A stretch of DNA of 64,000 nt from the NCBI GenBank assembly GCA_964106915.2, contig OZ066931.1, one strand, 5' to 3'. The translations under genes were made by a program, and so were the position numbers. This DNA comes from Podarcis gaigeae (lineage: Eukaryota). Below the pieces are notes generated by a model that saw only the letters and a list, made by a program, of their open reading frames with translations, had not been told where the DNA came from and made no database searches. The first letter of the stretch is position 1; every line of letters begins with the position of its first letter. Positions 27,121 through 38,304 of the stretch are shown here, piece after piece.

Positions 27121-28404
27121 TAGGCTTCGGTTTATGGTTGACATGGGGGGGGGGGGGGAGAGAGACACAGGATTCTTGTGCCTTTAATATGGCATGCAGA
27201 AATTCAACAGGCTAAGCCTTTTCTAGCATGAAAATACAATTATGGGGAAAGCTTAACTTCAGATCCACAATAAAAATAGTTTTCAATTCCAATTCTTTGA
27301 ATAAAAGTATTGAAGGAAATTTACTGGTTTTCAGGTAATTACTTGATCACTGTCTTCTTTTTCCTTCTTTTCTTTATATTGATAAATCACACATGCATGT
27401 CACTTATGCTTAAGCTGGAACAAGGCTAAGCAAGTATCAAGCTCTCACACTTCCCCTCTCCCTTGTCTCCTCCCATGCAACTGTGAAGAAGGTTTCAGCA
27501 GCATTTAGTTTTGCTTTTCCTGAACCTTAACTAAGGGAGCTGCAAACTAAAAGGCAGCATTTCTAGTGCTAGAGTGAAAATGCTGCCCATTACACTTAAG
27601 AGAGCAGACAGGGGCTTTATCTCCCACCTCTGTTATCTCCTGAGATGAAACAATAAAGCGCTGCCCTTAAAAGATCACGCCAGGAATTGGAGATAAAGCT
27701 GTGGAGACGGGTGGGCCAGATCCAGCACACAGGCCATATGCTTCCTTGTTTTACTTTATTTAGTACCTTTTCCTCAAATAGGTTGAACTCCTCGTCAATT
27801 TAATGTATTGGAATAAATTCAAGAGACTACATGACACCTTTTTCAAAAATTGATGCCTATGAATACTTTGCACCAGATCACAAGTCTCATTTCCTAAAGA
27901 CAAAACACCCATTCCTATTCATCCTGCATTTAGACTTACGAATCGTCAAGCGCCGCATTACACCACCCACACACTGTTTGTAAACACACTCACTGTATTC
28001 TCACCAGCTCCCATAATCATAAACCACACAAGCCACTGTATTTTCATATTAGTACACGGAGTGGGCCATCAAACTTTTTGTACCAAGACTCCTAGGGAAT
28101 GCCTGAAACCCTCTCTATCCAGATTTTGTAATCTCCAAAATAGTACAGAGCAGTCTAGCCCAGGAGCCTGCAAAGTGTGTGGATTTTGTAAGTTATAAGC
28201 TGTTCCTGCACTTAGAATTTTCTTTCATCTGTTTTCAAAGAAAAACCCCTTCCACCATATACCTCCATCCTCGCTTGAAATCAGACATTTAAAAAATAGG
28301 TTGGACACCATTTACTCCATCATAAACTACCAAATTGACAGGTTTAGAAAAATGAGTAAGTTTTAACAAATAATTATACTTCTTCACATCTACAATATAT
28401 AGGA

Positions 28405-28650
28405 TTGGATTGATCTTTATTACGGCCATTGGCCCGTACACGACAGTTTCCCATACCACCATAATGTACTTGAACCTCCAAATTTAAAACCGCCAAAACT
28501 TACAAAAAACAGACAAGAACCAAAGCAAAACAAAAACAAAAGACCAACATCATACAATACAATAAATTTGTAACATAAACATCGCCCTCTGCTCATAAAT
28601 TAATAGAAGACATCAATGGTGATATCACCTAATTGCATCCTAAAACATAG
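28405..28650 (-). mobile_element. Non-LTR retrotransposon 3' fragment with TSD (family uncertain)
   Basis: Minus strand ends TGGCCGTAATAAAGATCAATCCAATCC; flanks acaatatatagga (28392-28404) and acaatgtatagga (28651-28663). Confidence 0.6.
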
Positions 28651-29424
28651 ACAATGTATAGGAGATTTCAGACAACAAGATGTTCAAAAACTGTGGCTCT
28701 TCCAATTTAATTCTGTTCTTCGGAATTAAAGTTTTATCCTATCTTTCTGCTAAAGAGCTCAAGACAGGGTAGGGTCCCCTCTCCTTACTCCTCCTAACAA
28801 CCCTCTGGGATAGAATAAACTGACACACAGTGACTAGAGATTTGACCAAGATCTTTCAGGTGCAAGCCTAACGCCCAGGCCAGTACATCACTGTCACTCA
28901 AGAACTGCAGTTTCTTGACACACAAGACAACTGGTCCAAACATGGCAATTCTGAACTGCTGAAGAGCTGTATTTTGAGAGGGAGGAAAAATCAGGTAAGA
29001 AGCTATATTATTAGTCAAATAATAAATAAAAATATGAATAGGAACAAAATGTTCAAAATGAAGCAGGATGCAGAAAAAGCTATGCTCTTCAGTCCAGATT
29101 TGATATTTCCGTGGCTAATGTTCATCAGCAGGTGTCTGACATCCTGACATCTTGACAAGAGGGAACTCTAATTAACCTTAACAATAGTAAATATCTGCAC
29201 CACTGTAGTATGTTGGTGGGGGATAAGCGGAGATAGAGGACAGGCAACCTCATGTCCCACTAATGATCTCATAACTATCAGACCATCTTGGCTGTGAGTC
29301 CTGGAATACCAGCTCCCTGCCTTGCAGGCCTTTTTCCACCTACCCTGGAAGGGCAAGGCCAATGACTCCAGCTACAAAGGCTAATGCTTCTGAACGGACG
29401 CTTGGACTGGGGTACCGTTTAGGT

Positions 29425-29664
29425 CATGGGTAGGCAACCTAAGGCCCAGGGGCCCAATCGTCTTCTTAATCCGGCCCGTGGACAGTCCAGGAATCAGCGT
29501 ATTTTTACATGAGTAGAATGTGTCCTTTCATTTAAAATGCATCTCTGGGTTATTTGTGGGGCATAGGACTTTGTTCATTTCTTTTTTCAAAATATAATCC
29601 GGCCCCCCACAAGGTCTGAGGGACAGTGGACCAGCCCCCTGCTGAAAAAGTTTGCTGACCCCTG
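29425..29664. mobile_element. hAT MITE with perfect 8-bp TSD
   Basis: CATGGGTAGGCAAC ... TTTGCTGACCCCTG, flanked by gtttaggt on both sides; sister copy at 55081-55295. Confidence 0.9.
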
Positions 29665-31355
29665 GTTTAGGTGGTTTTCTTGGGGGGGGGGGGCGAGTTG
29701 CTGCTGCTACTATTATTTTTTTGTACCTTTATTTTAGATCCTATCACGATTTATATGGAAATTGTTTAATTTGGTTGTGTACTTTTTGATATTTTATTTA
29801 TTGTTTACAACTACTTTTGCTATGTTTGCAATTATATAATTTTTATGTTGTAAGCTGCCTTGAACTGGTTTTAACTATGGAAAGGCGGCATATAAATAAA
29901 ATGATGTATGTATGCAACTATGGGTGAACTTTCTATCAATGTAAAGTCTGCTCTGGACCCGTGTGATATAAGAAGCCTATACTAGGAGTTGTAAGTAGAA
30001 AGAAGAGCTAAAGGCAAAGTAAAATTCATCCTTGCGTAGAATATAAAAGAATCCCTTGAAGCTAGCAAGAGACCTTGCAGTTTCATATGTAAAAAGAACA
30101 GAAATCATGTGGAGCCACTGTACCTAAAGGATGGAAAGGAGATTAAAGAGCATTTGTCTTGTTTGTCAGTTTTTAATCAAAGAAAATGATACCAAACAAG
30201 ACTGTGCAGAGGCCTTTTGTCCCCTTCCAACCCAATGATTCTGTGTGTCTGTTAACTGAATAAAGGAATGTAGCATTGACCATAATTAAGCACAACAGTG
30301 GTCAAATTCAACATTGTGTCGCTGGACAACACAACTATAAAATCCAGTGCAGTATCTGAATTAAAACAAAATCAAATGAGGGCTGGTAGTGCATTGCTAT
30401 TCATAGCATCATTGAACCACAGAATTGTAGAGTTGGAAGAGACCACAAGGGTCATCTAGTCCAACCCCCTGCAATGCAGGAATCTTTTGCCCAATGCGTC
30501 ATCAGCAGTTGGAAGTGTCTGCAAGCTGCATGAAGTGTAAACAGCAAGGCACACTTACAACAAAAAGGGCCAAAATAATTCCACAAACTGCAAAAGATTT
30601 CAAATGCAAAATGATTCTAAATTAAACAAGAAGAAACATATTGGTATGTTACACAGAAGTCTAATAAGAAGCTGAAGTAGAAGATCTGAGAACTACCCAA
30701 AGATGTGCAAGGCTAAAAATAAATTCAATTTGGCAAGAAAACCTATAACAATGTTTTTTTTTAAAAAAATATGCTTTTATACAGCAAATTTTGAGTGCTT
30801 CATGTACATGATCCCAGTAACTCCTACAACTACCCCAGATAGGACAACTGTCATTATTCCAATATCTCAAGAGATAGTGGAGGAAGCAATGGTGTGGGTT
30901 CTCCTAAGCAAATTAGGTTAATTCTTCAGTTCGCATTGGAAATCCTTCTGATACACTATAGAGCAGCGATGGGAAAGCTCAGGTCCATGGGCCAAATGCA
31001 ACCTTCCAGGCCTCTTGTTGTAGTAAACAAAGCTAAAAACTTTGAAACTTTCAAGCTTAGCCAATGCCGTATTTGCAACTGGCATCCATTCACTGATAGT
31101 ACTTATGAAACAGAAAATATTCCACCCCGCATCACAGGGGAAGAGAGCATTTTGTTGCTTCATTGTTGTCTTCTAAACTTTCTGTATAGCTTGTTTTTGT
31201 TTTTATATTTATACCTTTTTTGCTGATACTGTTTTCTTGCCAATTCTATAATAATTTTAGATGTTTCAATATTTAATTACACTTGAATGTAATTAATATT
31301 GTGAGCTGCCTTGCAAGGACTAATCCCTGTAAAGTGCCCTACAAATATTTAAATA

Positions 31356-31549
31356 CAGTAGACTCTCGAGTAACGTAAAGTTCGGGTTGTGAAAGCGGCA
31401 AACCTGGAAGTAATTTTTGGGGTTTCGCCTCTTGCGCATGCACAGAAGCGCTCTATCACACGCATGCACAGAAGCGGCGCCTCTGGATATTTTTCGGGGT
31501 GCGCACAGAACCCCAGAATGAATTAAATTTGTATCCAGAAGGTCCACTG
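31356..31549. mobile_element. Tigger-type MITE
   Basis: TA + CAGTAGACTCTCG ... GAAGGTCCACTG + TA. Confidence 0.7.
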
Positions 31550-32411
31550 TAAATGACTAAGCTTTTCCATGCATGCAAAAGGTGAGTAGGGCCAGTCCCA
31601 TCCCCTTCTCCTTCATAGTACTTTAACTCCTACAATGTCACTGAAGGCTGTCACTGTGTATGTATCCTTGCTGTCAACTCCTGGCCCATCCCCTTGGCTG
31701 CTTCGTAAAAGGATCCTTCCTTTTCTTGTAGATCCTGGAACCACTGCAGGAATGCTGTATTTGCTCTGCAGAAGAAGTCTGCCCAGAGATATATGCAAGT
31801 GTTGTGTGTATCTTGCTTCCATTCCTTTGTGTATGTGCTTATGAAAAGCTTTAAGGAACTGGAACCCCTTATGGCAATCTAAGGATGTCTAGAGACTGGC
31901 AATAGTGGGCTAACCGCTGGTGGTGTCACTGAGGCTGATGAGAAGGGGGTGTTCTGGTGTAATCTTGGCTGTTGCGTGTATGATGGTGCAGAAGTGTGTG
32001 CTCATCATGGTGATTTCATCGGCTGTTAGAAGGGTCTCTGATTGGTAGGCTGTATTTCAAAAGATTATGCAGGCAGGTGTTGCTTTTCCCCCCATTGCAT
32101 GTGTATGTTCTGGTAGTGCATTTGCATTTCACTACACTTGTATTTTCTGGTAGTACAAGTTTTCCATTAAGGCCATCTGTTAGATACTTCTTACCCCTCT
32201 GAGAGAAAAGCCATTAGCAGTAGCAGCAGCAGCTGCTGCAAAGCATCACCTGAATAAGGTGAATGAGTGTCCCAAGTAGATGGCCTCTTGGCTGCTGCAG
32301 GCAAAATACACACAGAGAGCCCACCATTCTACTGAATATGCCCTATTCACATATGCTTGACCTGTATTGGATATGGCAGCCATTCTGCCAGTACAGCAGC
32401 AGAATGTGAGA

Positions 32412-32538
32412 AGGATAGCTCAGTTGGTAGAGCATGAGACACAAGGGTTTGAGCCCATGCTGGGCAAAAAGATTCCTGCATTGCAGGGGGTTGGACTAGA
32501 CAACCCTTGTCGTCTCTTCCAGCTCTATGATTCTGTGA
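32412..32538 (+). mobile_element. tRNA-Lys-derived SINE with CR1-like tail (Squam2-like)
   Basis: TAGCTCAGTTGGTAGAGCATGAGAC head with an internal deletion, then gattcctgcattgcagggggttggactaga...tctatgattct tail. Confidence 0.8.
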
Positions 32539-32697
32539 TATATCTCGACCCAGCATAAGGTAAGCACAGGACTTGCTCAACCCACTTGGCCTTACTAAAT
32601 AATACTATCTTGTCTCTTTAAAAAGAAAGAAAAATGGCAGATGCAAACTATATTAAGCGCAGAAAATATCAGTGCAAATTACTCCTTGATTAAAAAC

Positions 32698-32838
32698 AGG
32701 GTAGCTCAGTTGGTAGAGCATGAGACTCTTAATCTCAGGGTTATGAGTTCGAGCTCCACGTAAGGCAAAATATTCTTTAATTGCAGGGGATTAGATGACC
32801 CTTTTGGTACCTTGAAACTCTATAATTCTAAGATTCTA
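32698..32838 (+). mobile_element. Second tRNA-Lys(CTT)-derived SINE
   Basis: TAGCTCAGTTGGTAGAGCATGAGACTCTTAATCTCAGGGTTATGAGTTCGAG plus a CR1-like tail. Tail-only or partial copies lie near 10909-10972, 30412-30497 and 57457-57510. Confidence 0.8.
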
Positions 32839-34809
32839 AGCTTTGTGAAGTGTGTAGAGTGATGCTGCACAGAAACTATATTTCTGGAGTTTGAATTAGT
32901 TTCCTGTGTAGAAGTTGAAGGTGTTTCAAAAACACAGGGGGAGGAAGTCTTCTTGCACGATTAGACCTCATTCATCATGTACAGTACATATGTTGAATTC
33001 CAACCACTGAAGTTACAAGACTTTCAAGCTTTCAGTGTAAGAAGGTACACACTTTGTAAACAAAGTTGTAGAATAAATCTTGGAATATTTATTCAATATG
33101 TATTCAGTACTGACAGGAAGGGTTATAAATATAAGTATGAAAGAGGACTCAGGCCTATTCTATAATTCCGTTCATAAGCCACCCATGATTTTGTGCATTT
33201 AAGGCCAATAACTGACAATGTTCCAAAAAATCACAGATGGCAGGAACCAGAGAATCAGGAATATATCTCACCCCGCTCAGCGTCCACTTCTACCTTGGGT
33301 ATAAGGTCTTTAGGAGCAGCAGACAAGACTAAAAAAAAATTAATGTCTTATTAAGTCCTTGTTCTGCACAGATCATTACGTTTGTACAACCATGATGTTG
33401 CACAGGCCTTCCAAGGCAGGCATTTAGCAAGTAAAATGGTTCAAAGTGCAGTTCATCCCATTAGCTACTGATAAATAGAATTCATTAATAGCTGAATTGC
33501 TAATCTAAACTGCACCAACAGGAAAATGTAAAGACATACACATTCAGCATATTCCAATATGTAATATGCCCACATCCTGCCATATATATATGAATAGATT
33601 GTGCTCTGGCTGTCTTAAAACAAAGGATGTGAAGATCTAGTTTCTCTTCCTGGGGGCCACAAATTATTCCATGCTGTATGCGAACTAAAAAACAAAAGCC
33701 AAGGGCCTCTGCTTGATAAAGATATTCAACTTATAAAACAACAATAAATCAAGTTCAGAACTTAAATAAAAAAAATACACATTAGTAACAAGAATCCCAT
33801 CAAAGAAGCAGTGAGATCAGTAGGTAACAAAGATATGCAAGGAGTACTAATGAAAGGGAAACTGTGGTGAAGCAAAGTCATTTGCATCCATGTTTATTTA
33901 CTACATAAGATGCTAGAATGATGGTCACAAGTGAACCATTATTTTCAAGCATTTAATCTTAAAACAGGATACAGGTGAGAAAGGATGAGGCTTTAGAACT
34001 GACAATTTCGAATTTCAATTTCAAAGCAACAAGTAACTAGGGTTGGAATGTCATCAATCCAATTTAATATTTTAAGGACTAAAGTATGGTAACACTTGAT
34101 TTCTAAAAATCTGCCTGCCTCCTTGCCAATAGGGTAGTAGCCAATTGTGTAGAATTTCAAAACAAGAGTCTTCAGGAAATAACATGTCCATCAGATAAAT
34201 TAGTGAAAAGTAAACTTAAGGATATGAAGGCTTTATATAGAAGGAAAATCATTTGCTTTAGGGGAAGGGGTGGAATCAGCAGTCTGCAATGGGAAGTTTT
34301 GCTTCACCAGCCTCTTAAGATTCATTGAGGATGTCAAGAACAAAGACAGTCTTGACATTTTGTGTTTGAGCTCTCAAAGAGACTTTGAGCATTACTAAAT
34401 GCTCTTAGGGAAATTTAGCAGTTATAGGATAAGGAGATGGGTGTTACAAACTAGTAACTAGTTAAGCAAAGCTGAAAAGCATGGGATAGTCCTACATGAA
34501 TAGTTTTCACAGTGGAGGGAAGTAAACAGTGAACACTCCAACAACAACAATGTATATACTTGGCAAGTGCCAGTTAATGCACAGAATGCAAGCTGGAGTG
34601 AACAGCACTGATAGTCAAAGTTTGTAATTGTGTCACGAAATCATTTGGAATTTTTTTAAGCAAACAGAATAACTTAAACAGATTCAACTTCAGCACCAAG
34701 AAATCCTAGCTTCACATGTAATCCAGATTAAATAAAAATTTTGTCCATCAGTATTTCTTCATAAGGGTATTTAACCTATTTTAGACATACTCCCCTGAAG
34801 CAGAAGGTA

Positions 34810-35178
34810 TGCAGCTTCTGGGTACTCCTTCATCCATTACCTCTCTGATAATGAAGGTGGTAATGGGCAGTGCCTTTTATCATTTCAAACTGGTTCATCA
34901 GCTGCAGCCTTTTCTGGAGAAGATGAACCTAGTGCCAGTTACCCATGCCCTGGTTACTTCCAGACTCAACTATTGCAATAGTTCTTTGCATGGGGCTGCC
35001 TTTTTGAAAACACAGACATTTCAATTAATGGAAAATGCTGCTGGCATCTTCAGGGATCGAGACAAAAAAAGAAAAAAAAGAACTGTTGTTCTATCTGTAT
35101 TCTTTGCCCATTTGTTTCTGGGTTCAATTTAAAGGGCTCATACTAACCTTTAAAGCCCTAAACAAATTAGGACAGATT
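34810..35178 (+). mobile_element. L2-like LINE ORF2 C-terminal remnant (appears to continue after the nested elements, to about 36800)
   Basis: AFYHFKLVHQLQPFL...VTHALVTSRLNYCNS matches the L2/CR1-group motif LVxSRLDYCN. Confidence 0.75.
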
Positions 35179-35189
35179 ACCCAAAAAAC

Positions 35190-35828
35190 CTAGACAGCAT
35201 ATTAAAAAGCAGACATCACCTTGCCAACAAAGGTCTGTATAGTTAAAGCTATGGTTTTCCCAGTAGTGATGGATGGAAGTGAGAGCTGGACCATAAAGAA
35301 GGCTGATCGCCGAAGAATTGATGCTTTTGAATTATGGTGCTGGAGGAGACTCTTGAGAGTCCCATGGACTGCAAGAAGATCAAACCTATCCATTCTGAAG
35401 GAGTCTCCTTCTTTAGAGGTCTTTAAGCAGAGGCTTGACAACCATATGTCAGGAGTGCTCTGATGGTGTTTCCTGCTTGGCAGGGGGTTGGACTCGATGG
35501 CCCTTGTGGTCTCTTCCAACTCTATGATTCTATGATGGAAACACCATCCTGAGTGCTCACTGGAAGGACAGATCCTGAAGCCAAGATTCCAATACTTTGG
35601 CCACCTCATGAGAAGAGAAGACTCCCTGAAAAAAAGACCCTGATGTTGGGAAAGATGGAGGGCACGAGAAGGAGAAGGGGACGACAGAGGACGAGATGGT
35701 TGGATAGTGTTCTCGAAGCTACCAGCATGAGTTTGACCAAACTGTGGGAGGCAGTGGAAGACAGGAGTGCCTGGCATGCTCTGGTCCATGGGGTCAGGAA
35801 GAGTCGGACACGACTAAGCGGCAACAAC
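35190..35828 (+). mobile_element. Bov-B (RTE) LINE 3' fragment interrupted by CR1
   Basis: Encodes PTKVCIVKAMVFPVVM..ESWTIKKADRRRIDAFELWCWRRLLRVPWTARRSN; (CAA)n tail; TSD acccaaaaaac at 35179-35189 and 35829-35839. Confidence 0.92.
35401..35536 (+). mobile_element. CR1 LINE 3' end nested in Bov-B
   Basis: Encodes ESPSLEVFKQRLDNHMSGVL*, followed by the CR1 3' UTR and a (TTCTATGA) tail. Confidence 0.88.
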
Positions 35829-36035
35829 ACCCAAAAAACACACCTGCATATCAAAACTGCATATTTACAGGACGGACAGAAGATCTAGAACATTTTTATG
35901 TCATCTGGTGGAACTTTCATTTCCTTTGCTTCAGACTTAGGTGTTCAATATTCAACATTCATGCCAGCTAAGGAAACATGGATGTCTTGGTGTCACTAAT
36001 TCTGTTTCTTATTATTTATTGGTTGTTATGTATAT

Positions 36036-36383
36036 GGGACGCGGGTGCCGCTGTGGGTAAAACCTCAGCGCCTAGGACTTGCAGATCGCATGGTCAAATT
36101 CCCGCGGTGGGGTGCGCTCCCGTCGCTCAGTCCCAGCGCCTGCCAACCTAGCAGTTCAAAAGCACCCCCGGGTGCAAACAGATAAATAGGGACCGCTTAC
36201 CAGCGGGAAGGTAAACAGTGTTCCGTGTGCTGCGCTGGCTCGCCAGATGCAGCTTGTCACACTGGCCATGTGACCCAGAAGTGCCTCCGGACAGCGCTGG
36301 CTCCCGGCCTCTTAAGTGAGATGGGCGCACAACCCTAGAGTTTGGCAAGACTGGCCCGTACAGGCAGGGGTACCTTTACCTTT
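36036..36383 (+). mobile_element. Sauria SINE (subfamily 2)
   Basis: GGGACGCGGGTG head, (ACCTTT)n tail, TSD ttatgtatat at 36026-36035 and 36382-36391. Confidence 0.9.
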
Positions 36384-38066
36384 ATGTATATGGTACAATG
36401 TAAAATCCTGCTACTGCACTTTTGGATTACTAAAAATGTCAATTAAAAAAAAACATTGGACGTCATGCTCTCTGGGCTACTCATACATAAGATCAGATAG
36501 GTGGGTCCTTGAGACAGAGCCTCCTCAGTGGTAGCACCAAGACTGTAAAAGGTCTAGAAAACTTCCTCCTGGTGAAGATGTACCATGCTTATCTCCTGCT
36601 TTCAGATAGTTAGTAAAGCCTTTCTTTAAAATCCCAGTTTGGTACGATATATGAACTGTTATTTCTTGGAGTTTTTACCTCGCTTTTTGATAGTTTTAAT
36701 TGCTGCTATTATATTGTTATGTGTTTCTGAAGTTTCATTTTACCTTAATGTGTTTTTATACTCCTACTGTAAACTTCTATTGTTTTAACAGAAAAGTGGG
36801 ATTCATTAATACTGTACAACTAATTCCCCAGCAGCCCTCCTCTGCTTAGTCTAGGAAATTGATCAACATTCCTTGATCAGTATTCCTCCTCCTTCTTAGG
36901 CACATGGATAATAAGCTCATATTTTCCCTCTTTGTATTCCTACACTGGTTTCCAGTCTCAGGTATAAGCTCTTTGTCCTTACCTGCAAACCTCTCCATAG
37001 CCTTAACCTCCTTTATCTGATTTTTACATGTCTATATATGACTGCCTGTGACCTTTGCTCTACCAGCTCCACTACCCACAGGTGTCCCAAGATCCCCTGT
37101 TCCTTGAAACTACTTTCTCCCCTGGAATTGCCGTCCAGAAAAACTTCATGGTGCCCTCTCTCTCTTTTCCTTCAAAACCAAGCTTTTTTGTGAAGACTTT
37201 GACACAACTCACGATCCCCTCCATAACTCAACCTAATTGTGTATAACTGAAATAACATTATTCCTCTGTTAACTCCTGCCTTCACTTCCACCACTCACCT
37301 CTGTTGTTTCATTTTTTAGTTACAGACTGTTTGTCTACTGTGATGTCAAATGTCACTGTGGCTTTACAGAGTAGAAGAGGACAAGCAGAGTGCTTACAAG
37401 GTCTCCCATCCCCTGCAACAATTGTGAGTACCTACGCACTAGGGGCCAGGGACGGGGGATCCAGGCTATGTTATGCATTGTACACAGAATAAATTGAATC
37501 AAATTATTCCTCTTTTTCATTCTATTAGGACAGGGTCAGCACAATCAAAAGGAACCCACTACTTCAAGATGTAGTTTCCATTAACTTAATGATTTTAAAA
37601 GAGAATTGGAAGAATTCATGGAGCATCAAGAATCTCACTGATTATGAGCCATGAGAATTAAAAACAAACCTCCTATTCAAAGGCAGTATACCTCTGCTAG
37701 CTTGATGCCCTGTTTGTCCCACAGTCATCTGGTTAACTGCTGTTGTAAATAGAATTCTGGATGAGATAGGCTTTTGGCAATTCTCAACATCCATACATTA
37801 CAAAGACCAATTTGTACAATATTTGGAGCAATACACAAACCTGCAATGTCACACATTATTACAGACATTGTTTCAAACTTGTTATGTACTTGTTTCTGGA
37901 GCTGTGCATCCTAACTGCCAAAACCGGGTACCAGGCAAAGAATGCCAAAATAAGTATGGAATCAAGCTAAGTCCAAGCCATCCCTACTACAATGCATCTG
38001 CACTGAAGGATGAATAAAACAATTTCTTCAAAAACAATGACAATGTCATGGGGCAGTTCAGAACTA

Positions 38067-38304
38067 CAGTGGTACCTCGCAAGACGAATGCCTCGTAAGA
38101 CGAAAAACTTGCAAGACGAAATAGTTTCTTGTTTTTTGAGTTGCTGCGCAAGACGAATTTCCCTATGGGCTTGCTTCGCAAGACGAAAACGTCTTGCACG
38201 TTTGTTTCCTTTTTCTTAAAACCGTTAATACCTATGGGAATCCGTGCTTCGCAAGACGAAAAAACTCGCAGAACGAATTAATTTCGTCTTGCGAGGTACC
38301 ATTG
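38067..38304. mobile_element. Tigger-type MITE, family B
   Basis: TA + CAGTGGTACCTCGCAAGACGAA ... TTCGTCTTGCGAGGTACCATTG + TA. Confidence 0.88.

Noticed and set aside
31600-32200. TG-rich stretch suspected of being an old retroelement ORF
   Set aside because: I could not recover a diagnostic protein motif by eye; it needs RepeatMasker or tBLASTx.
32698-32768. Possible tRNA-Lys(CTT) gene
   Set aside because: Acceptor and T stems are disrupted and it runs straight into a CR1-like SINE tail.
35202-35888. ORFs of 195, 111 and 80 aa (and the 149- and 106-aa ORFs at 62751-63228)
   Set aside because: Sense or antisense translations of truncated Bov-B/CR1 fragments, not host genes.
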